A DNA stretch of 6,932 nucleotides from positions 1 through 6,932 of the forward strand of contig BAAFSQ010000423.1 in the NCBI GenBank assembly GCA_054661495.1, written 5' to 3'. The position numbers and the translations under genes were made by a program. Origin of the DNA: Zygophlyctis sp. KS116. Taxonomy: Eukaryota > Fungi > Chytridiomycota. Below the pieces are notes generated by a model. The model worked only from the letters and a program-made list of their open reading frames with translations, was not told where the DNA came from and ran no database searches. Of the stretch, positions 1-6,715 are shown one piece after another. How positions within the stretch are numbered: position 1 is the first letter of the stretch; each line of letters starts with the position of its first letter.

Positions 1-114
1 ATGTCATCCTCTGTTGACGTCATAATAAATAGAGATTCTTTATCTTCTGTTAGACATTTCTTCTTACCTTATTAACATGAATCAGTTCTTATTGAGCTGA
101 TAGAGTGTCTGACA

Positions 115-3100
115 ATGATATTTTCTCCGAGTACCAGTAATCATGATCGGCAACAACTTCAAAAGGTAATTTTGATCTCTAACACTAGAAAGTTGATCAA
201 GTTACAAATTCACCAAATGGAATTTTATACGCTGCAAAGTTGGCGCACGCAGCGAATGGATTCTCTGATCAGTTGCGTCATTTTGGATGCTCTTTGCTCT
301 GTAATTCAGTAAAGTTTGAATGGTCTAATATGTCTGCTGATCAGCAATCTTATCTAAAATCTACTGCGTTGGAACTTTTACAGAGTGTATGTTTAATCGG
401 GCTTATTTAAAGGGCACAAAAGATTTATTAGAGGAACAATTGTTTATAAAAGAAAAAATTATATCTTTTATGGTGGAACTTGTTAAAAGGACGTGGCCAC
501 TACAATGGATGGACTTGGATACAACTTTAATCCTACTTTATTCTCAAGATGTATGTATTTAATGCAATATTTTAACATTAGGTTACCAGAAAGGAATTGG
601 TAATTCTTGTATATAGATCTCTCGCAGAAGATTTGTTTCTATACGAAGATTTAGTCGCTGAATCTCGTAAAACTGAGCTTGTAACAGCTCTTACAAGTGT
701 AATGGTAAGTGCAGATGTATTGTCGGACATCTATTCAAAAACTTTTTTGCAAAAAGAGGTAAATTCAGGGAAGACAGACTTTGTATTGTTGTTGAACATT
801 ATAAGATCTTCTCCCCAAAATGTGGGATGGGTTGTTAGATGGGTAGAAAATGCTAAAGAATGGGTTTCAGTAATCAGGAGATTTCAAGAGGTGTGTATTT
901 GCTGGGTTATAACTTTTTATAGAGTAATCACTCTAAATTGATTTCTGAAAAGTTGTTATTGGCATTTTTAAATGCTCTTTTACCTCTTTTGGATTGGATT
1001 CAATTTAATTGCTTGATTTCATCAAATCTTTTAATATTTTTGATTGATTTTCTTGGTAATGAATTCTCATTGTCTATCAAATTAGCTAGCGTTGAATGTC
1101 TTATTGTACTATTTTGTAGGAATTTTTGTCCAACAAGTGGTAACGTCAGAGAAGAATTACTCTGGAAACCGTTATTACACGAGGGAAAAATCCATTCTAT
1201 TTATCAGTTATACTTGAATATTTATAATGTGGCCGATCACAATGCTCTCAGAGGAGCTCAGCACTCTAAAGAATTGGATGAAGACAATTATAAACTTTTG
1301 AAACGGTTTACCCAGGTAATTTCTATATTTAAATTCAAGATGATTTGCTCTTTTACTTGCTATCAGATTGCCTTTAAAAGGAATACAACAACTCCTCCAA
1401 ATTTCAGTCTCCACTTGGAATTTCTAGGAAATTTAATTGATCATCCTTCTACCTTTATTTCAACCTTGTGTATAACGGAAATAATAGGAATTTTGAAGCA
1501 TGAGTATCTTTCTACGGTATGACTTGATTTTAATGATGGTTAGACTGTTGAAGTGGGAGGATTTTTTCCTACTTTGATTAATCTGTGCCTTGTCAAAGCG
1601 TCCAAGTCATCTTCAGAAGTCTCTCATGCAATTACCACGTCATATGATGAGCAAGACTTTGATTTAGCTCGTGAAGTTAATTTTCACCAAGCTCAGATGA
1701 AACAGCGCTCTATAGACACAGTAAAAATTGTCTCCCAGCTCAAGGTATGTAATTCATCAATTAATTAAATAGCCATATGATTCTTTTACATGGATTTCTT
1801 CGCTTATAATGTCGGTGCCATGTGAAGATTTTTCAAAATCTGCTACTCTAAGAATGGAAGCATATAGCTACTTTTTGGAAGTAATTGTTCAATCACAGAC
1901 TGAAAATGAAGTATCCTAATCCGACTTATATTATAGAACACGAGGGCATTAGTAAAAAGCTTAATTGAATATCTTATGCATATGAATTTAGTGAATCCTC
2001 TGCAGAAAATGTGTAAAATATCAATGATCAGGGATTTAGGGATGCTTACTTCTTTTGACTCTCAACTAATATTAAATACTATTCATCATGTAAGGCTTGT
2101 ATATATCATGAATAGCTTTTTGGATTTGTCGTGTATCAGTTGGGAAATGTAAGCGATGTCAATGGAATAGATGTCCGTAGGAAAGCGTCCGGTGCCTTAA
2201 TCAAACTCGCAGGGCAGCTTGCTGATCCCCTTCAGGTATATATCCTACTAAATAATTTCAGTGTGTTTTCCAAGACATAATTTCTTCTGTTTCTCAGATA
2301 ATGGCATCTGCGAATATTTCCCTCTCTGAAAGAACGTTGTTATATGAATTTTTGCTGGCGTTATTGTAATAAGCATTATCTAATCATACGGTAGATTTAA
2401 CTCATCAACATCTGAAGGACTTCAATTCTTTGATCACATAATGAGTCCAATCCTAGCCAACGATTTGGGTAAATCTGTGGAACTTTTGCATTCGCCCGAG
2501 ATATTCATAAATTCTACTGGGATTATTTATCTTGAAAACAATATTCAGAGACTGATGAAATTGAATTCAGCTGAGACGATACCACAAATAAGTTTAAAGG
2601 AATTGCAAGAATTCGAACAGAGTCGTAAGTTACTTAAAAGTACATTAGTTACTATTTGTGTCTGTCTACGCAGGTTCAATGACAGAAAAATCAAAGAAAG
2701 TGCTCAAAACAATGTATGGACAAAGTACATTACCAATATTCTACATTTATGTCTATCAAGTATACGGTGCTGTCATTATCTCTCTAATGCGTCAATTCAA
2801 AATCAAATTTCATGTCTTAAAAAGGCTACCAGCTTGGGATTCGACGAAAAAATGATCATATTAGGTACATAATATCATAGTTTAATCCAAGGGATAAGTT
2901 TGAAGAAAAAGGAGAAATTTGTGAATCATTTTGAGATCGAAATTAACAAACTGAGCGTATGGTACTCTGGTCTAAGAGAATCGAGTTACCGCTGCCTTGC
3001 ATATTTGTTAAAATTATTAGGGGATGACTTTTACTCATATCCAGAGATTGGAAATGAATTAAACCGATGTTTATTCAGTGATGCTCTTACGCTACCCAAT

Positions 3101-4107
3101 TCTGCTTGGAGATCGCTTGTAAATATAGTATTCAACCCTATAATATCATGTTGCCCATCCGGACACTATAATCAAGTGTTGGAATATTTAGTACCTCCTC
3201 TTTTAAAGTTTCTGCCTGAAAAATTGGATAAGGAGTGGTCATCAATCACATGCCAAGCCGAGTAACTAAATCAAATCAGTAATATATTAGGGATTTCGAC
3301 AATGAAGCAAATATAGAAAGCATCCCAGAGGAAGTTGTTTCAGAGAAACTTTTAAGAGATTTAACTAGAGCCTATTCCGATTTACTCTTTGATTGTTTAA
3401 GGCAAGATGTGAAAAAAGGAACCACACAAAAAGTCCCGAATTTTGTTAATCCTTCTCTGGCAGAATATATTTTGAGTGGAACTGTAAGTCAATTTGAAAT
3501 TTATAGGTAGAGATGCCAGCCGTTTTTTCATACTATAATGCGACTTTTGGAGTACAAAGGTATTCTTGAGTCTAGTCAATTTTTAGATGTACATGCATGT
3601 GGGAAAGCACTTCATATCTTGACTGGGTTGGTTCCTATTTTAGCTGAAAATCATACGTATCATGAAATCATGGGCAAAAATGTGTTAATTAAAGTTTTGG
3701 AGGTGGGTTTTGAATAAATAATACGACAGGTGCTTCATGATGGATATAAAAAGGAAAAGCACAATGATGCCATAAATCTTGTATCTGAAATCTACTATAA
3801 TCTTGCCCCCAAGTCATCTTTCCCAAAGGAAACACTATCATCAATACCCGGAATAACTCCTCAAAAACTCTCAATATTTGATAATCAAATGTCCCAATCA
3901 AATCCAAAAACACGACAATTATTAACCAAATCATTATTTGGACCTATAATTGGACTTGAAGTGAGTAAATTATTTCAAAAATCTGGAAATTTTGTATTAA
4001 ATGTTGGAGAAAAAGAATTACTTTCCAAACCAGCATCTGACTCTCAAAGGGGCAACATATTAGAAAATTGCGATAATGTGAATCTTGATATTTTATACGA
4101 CAGCTAA
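115..4107 (+). CDS. XPO5: Exportin-5 / Msn5-like karyopherin-beta, 17 exons, ~1185 aa; start codon uncertain
   Basis: Manually spliced exons 115-165, 189-386, 413-550, 582-890, 923-1315, 1340-1516, 1544-1744, 1773-1910, 1937-2089, 2116-2235, 2262-2365, 2395-2864, 2892-3261, 3291-3483, 3511-3559, 3587-3702 and 3730-4107 total 3558 nt in one open frame ending in TAA. All 16 introns are GT-AG. Recognisable exportin-5 segments: 'IFSPSTSNHDRQQLQK', 'LRHFG', 'EEQLFIKEKIISFMVELVKRTWPLQW', 'LILVYRSLAED'-type helix, 'EEVVSEKLLRDLTRAYSDLL' and 'LLEYKDVHAC'. The length fits the ~1200-aa family. Family call is by motif recall, not a database search. Confidence 0.88.
166..188 (+). other. Spliceosomal intron, 23 nt (shortest confident intron in the window; XPO5 intron 1)
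   Basis: GTAATTTTGATCTCTAACACTAG has a GT donor, CTAAC branch site and TAG acceptor. Removing it restores the frame into the RHFG-containing exon. Confidence 0.9.
1316..1339 (+). other. Probable 24-nt in-frame, stop-free intron (XPO5 intron 5)
   Basis: CAG|GTAATTTCTATATTTAAATTCAAG|ATG. Very AT-rich, same size class as neighbouring introns. The ORF track reads it through as VISIFKFK. Confidence 0.7.
3560..3586 (+). other. Probable 27-nt in-frame, stop-free intron (XPO5 intron 15)
   Basis: AAAG|GTATTCTTGAGTCTAGTCAATTTTTAG|AT. Splicing gives 'LLEYKDVHAC', matching the exportin-5 'W/Y-K-D-x-x-x-C' pattern. Confidence 0.75.
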
Positions 4108-4113
4108 AATATT

Positions 4114-4941
4114 TTATTTTTGTCTACGATTAGCTAATTTTGCCGCCAGTTCTGATTGAATAGCAGCCTGTTTCTTTGCTTCTTCCAGATCTGTTAATGA
4201 CCTCAATTCACCAATAATATCCTTTGTTTTCCCAAAGTAAATATCCTGAATTGAATGCCTCATTTTAGATTCCATATCTTCAACAAACCGCCCAATATTA
4301 ACAATATGACTCTTCCAATTATCCAATGGAAACTCTTGTTCAGCTTGACGAGTCATACTTCCAGATAAATCAAAACTACCCACATCTTGGGCACATGTAT
4401 CCAAATCCAACAAAATTGTAGAAGTTAACTGATAATGAGCACTTTTACCTTCAAACTGAGAAATCTGTAGTACATGAATAGAGTCCCATGAACCAATTCC
4501 ACTCTCACCTGTAAAATGAGATTAATCTAGTAAAATACTTTTCTTAATCAGCACAGTCGCGGCAAATCCCTCTTCTAGATCCCAAAGATAGACAGAAGAA
4601 ACTCCAGATTCATAATACAACTCCTTGTAAGTCTCAAAAGCATCATTTGCCAAAATCTCTAATTCCCTTAGACGTGCAGATGGCAACATTCCATCCGCTA
4701 GTGGTGGATCATATTCATTTGACCAAGGAGAGCGATAAGAGCTATCATCTCTATTATAGTCACAAATTAAATATTCTCTGTTTGTTTTAGCATCAATTTT
4801 AGAGACTAGCGGTTGATCGACTGCACCCAACAACTCTTCTTCCAAGTCTGGAGCTATTTGCACTAGAGACTTTAAATTTATTTGCAAGTCTTTTGGAGGC
4901 AATCTCCTCATCAAGTCTAACGCAGCGTCTAAACGGTCCAT
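4114..4941 (-). CDS. CAPZB: F-actin capping protein subunit beta (Cap2), 2 exons, 265 aa
   Basis: Motifs '[11 protein letters not shown]', 'VDQPL', '[22 protein letters not shown]', '[10 protein letters not shown]', 'GSWDSIHV', 'LSGSMTRQ', '[17 protein letters not shown]' and 'IYFGKTKDI'. A 30-nt intron at 4509-4538 (GTATTT...TTACAG, in-frame TAA) joins ORFs 4522-4941 and 4114-4413. Confidence 0.97.
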
Positions 4942-5047
4942 GAGTTTTTCTCAAACGATTATAGTTGCGGGACTTTTCGCGACTGATTCAATTAAACACT
5001 TGATCTGTTTAATCTAATTAAAACGTTTACTATCTAGTTTTCTAGTT

Positions 5048-5662
5048 CTAATTTACAGAAACATTCCTTGTACCATCCTGACACCACTCTAAATACTCTT
5101 TAAAAGTCATTGATCCCTTTAAAGACTTGTATCTAGTCACTTTTAAATGATTAATATTAATAGCATCAATATTTGATCCAGCCTTTTTAACTAGAGAGAT
5201 TAATGTTTCTTCTCTAGTCCAATTTTGTTCTTGAGCAACTTGTGGTAAAAACGTACTAGAAAATCTAAAATTCTTAAAAGAATAATCAATCCAAATCCCA
5301 TGAACACCAATTTCCCAATCATATAAATCACAAACTTCAAATTCAGTCAATAGAGAAATCTCAACTTGTAAATTTGGTATTTCAAGCCTTGTAATTGGAG
5401 TAAATCTAGAATCATTTAGAGCTGAACGCAACGCATATTCCTGTAGTCCATCATGTAAATTAATTGGACTAAAAGTACCAATGCATCCTCTTAGAATATA
5501 ATCATTTGAGGAATTTATTTTCCAAGTTACAAATAATGGACTGAATTAAATTTATAAAAAGTACAATTTATCATTTTTAAATCCTGGATCGTGGATGGGA
5601 TGAGACTGGTCAAAGTGAGTTAAAAGAGTCTCAAAACAGTATGCACAATGGTCTCTGAGCAT
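5048..5662 (-). CDS. AMMECR1: AMMECR1-family (RAGNYA fold) protein, 2 exons, 196 aa
   Basis: ATG at 5662 and a 24-nt intron at 5541-5564 (GTACTTTTTATAAATTTAATTCAG, in-frame TAA) give MLRDHCAYCFETL...FPLFVTWK...LRGCIGTF...EYALRSALNDSRF...ISLLTEFE...DWEIGVHGI...STFLPQVAQEQNW...SLVKKAG...VTRYKS. The LRGCIG signature is present. Confidence 0.95.
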
Positions 5663-5741
5663 GATTATTTACGAATTTGCACTTTTGGATCTAGGTTATC
5701 CCTAGGGCTTAAATTGTAAAACCCTACTGTAAATTCTGCAA
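5663..5741. promoter_or_regulatory. 79-nt divergent (bidirectional) promoter region between AMMECR1 and POLE3/DPB4
   Basis: Head-to-head ATGs at 5662 (-) and 5742 (+). Contains a central palindrome CCCTAGGG (5700-5707) and AAACCCTA (5719-5726). Promoter function is inferred from position. Confidence 0.6.
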
Positions 5742-6188
5742 ATGCAAGAACAAACAACTTCCATTGAAGAGTTTGATCTTCCAAAAACTATAATAAACAG
5801 AGTCTTAAAATCTGGTCTTCCAGAAGGAACTTTATTTCAAAAAGAAGCAAAAACTGCTTTTAGTAAATCAGGAACAGTCTTTGTGAATTTTATTACTACT
5901 TTGGCTCTGGATTTAGCCAAACAATCAAATGTAAAAACTATAACTCCAGAAATGATTTTTAAAGCTTTGGAAACTGCAGATTTTGATCATTATATTCCTA
6001 GAATAAAGTCAAGTATAGAGACTCATAAAGAATCTCTTAAAGTCAAAAGATCTAAAAAATCAGACTCTACTAAATCAGGATTAGAAGAAGATTCAAATTT
6101 GGACGATTCAATGTCAAATATTATACCAGAAACTCCTCTAGATTCAAATTCAAATAATGATGAAGATTCTGTAATCGTTCAAAAGTAA
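5742..6188 (+). CDS. POLE3: DNA polymerase epsilon subunit 3 / Dpb4 / CHRAC17 (H2B-like histone fold), 148 aa, intronless
   Basis: 'IEEFDLPKTIINRVLKSGLPEGTLFQKEAKTAFSKSGTVFVNFITT...KTITPEMIFKALETADF' matches the CBFD_NFYB_HMF fold in its POLE3/Dpb4 form. It is followed by a basic patch and an acidic low-complexity tail. Confidence 0.88.
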   Translation: MQEQTTSIEEFDLPKTIINRVLKSGLPEGTLFQKEAKTAFSKSGTVFVNFITTLALDLAKQSNVKTITPEMIFKALETADFDHYIPRIKSSIETHKESLKVKRSKKSDSTKSGLEEDSNLDDSMSNIIPETPLDSNSNNDEDSVIVQK

Positions 6189-6198
6189 AAAAATACAA

Positions 6199-6648
6199 TT
6201 AAACTGTTCTCGAGTCTGTTAATACACGAACTATTCCTCCAACACCAGCAATTTCTAAAATCTTTTCATGCCAAGACAAGAGAATTGAAGAATTGTAAAT
6301 TGATGGGTTAGACATTCCTTTATATACAAATTTGAATAGTAAATCAAGTTCTAAAGGATTTAGTCCAGAGAGAATTGAAGGGATTTCACTAGATTTTGAA
6401 CTAGAAAGAGTTTCAAGCACAAGAGATGCATTGAAATCCTTTAAAGAAGAAGAGTCTGAGCCATTTGGAATTGGAGACTCTAAAGACTTTTTTAAAGCTT
6501 GAGCAAAAGAACCTCTTTGGGTTAGTATAATATGATACCTAGACAAAAGAGTTTTGACGTCTGTTCCTTTAAGAGTTAAAAGTCTTTGACACTCTTGAGG
6601 CTCAAGTCCACAACTAAATTCTTGATGAAATTCTTGTTCTTGCTCCAT
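6199..6648 (-). CDS. ARPC5: Arp2/3 complex subunit 5 (p16-Arc / Arc15); 141 aa after removing a hidden 24-nt intron
   Basis: C-terminal 'LDLLFKFVYKGM...SSILLSWHEKILEIAGVGGIVRVLTDSRTV' is the p16-Arc signature. Splicing 6515-6538 gives 'VKTLLSRGSFAQALKKSLESP', matching the family's 'L-L-x-x-G-x-x-x-x-A-L-x-x-x-L-x-x-P' helix pattern. Confidence 0.94.
   Translation of the reverse strand: MEQEQEFHQEFSCGLEPQECQRLLTLKGTDVKTLLSRYHIILTQRGSFAQALKKSLESPIPNGSDSSSLKDFNASLVLETLSSSKSSEIPSILSGLNPLELDLLFKFVYKGMSNPSIYNSSILLSWHEKILEIAGVGGIVRVLTDSRTV
6515..6538 (-). other. 24-nt in-frame, stop-free intron in ARPC5
   Basis: Minus strand reads AG|GTATCATATTATACTAACCCAAAG|A: GT donor, perfect TACTAAC branch site, AAG acceptor. 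The ORF track reads it through as an 8-aa insertion (R-YHIILTQ-R region). Confidence 0.88.
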
Positions 6649-6715
6649 TTTATAGAAACTATCACGCCTCGTTGAATTCGGGTTAAAACGGCGGCGGTCG
6701 TTGTCAAGGCTTCAA
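6649..6715. promoter_or_regulatory. 67-nt divergent promoter region between ARPC5 and the CRN-like gene, CpG/GC-rich core
   Basis: Head-to-head ATGs at 6648 (-) and 6716 (+). There are 7 CpG dinucleotides in 6665-6700, including CGGCGGCGG. Confidence 0.55.

Noticed and set aside
1208-1414. Minus-strand 68-aa ORF
   Set aside because: Antisense shadow of XPO5 exons with no recognisable motif.
1881-1898. In-frame 18-nt GTAATTGTTCAATCACAG
   Set aside because: Shorter than every supported intron, has no clear branch site and is not needed for the frame.
2625-2648. Intron-like in-frame 24-mer GTAAGTTACTTAAAAGTACATTAG inside XPO5 exon 12
   Set aside because: The unspliced peptide SRKLLKSTLVTICVCLRR keeps the R-x15-R helix spacing recalled for exportin-5, so it is treated as coding. 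A rare exitron cannot be excluded without RNA-seq.
2658-2855. Alternative-frame 65-aa ORF
   Set aside because: Lies within XPO5 exon 12 in another frame, has a non-ATG start and no family features.
3397-3934. Minus-strand ORFs 3397-3579 and 3689-3934
   Set aside because: Antisense to XPO5 exons, short and without motifs.
115-4107. Reading the fragmented plus-strand ORFs as a bacterial operon, a pseudogene or stop-codon reassignment
   Set aside because: Every break coincides with a GT-AG micro-intron, and splicing yields one full-length protein in the standard code. TAA and TAG are used as true stops.
115-4107. Exportin-6 (actin exporter) identity, which would make an actin-themed cluster
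   Set aside because: The motifs (RHFG, FIKEK..VELVKRTWP, EKLLRDLTR) fit exportin-5/Msn5 better.
5033-5056. Short CTAGTT(TT) repeats at the AMMECR1 3' end
   Set aside because: Only 2-3 degenerate copies in AT-rich sequence; not an array or a mobile-element end.
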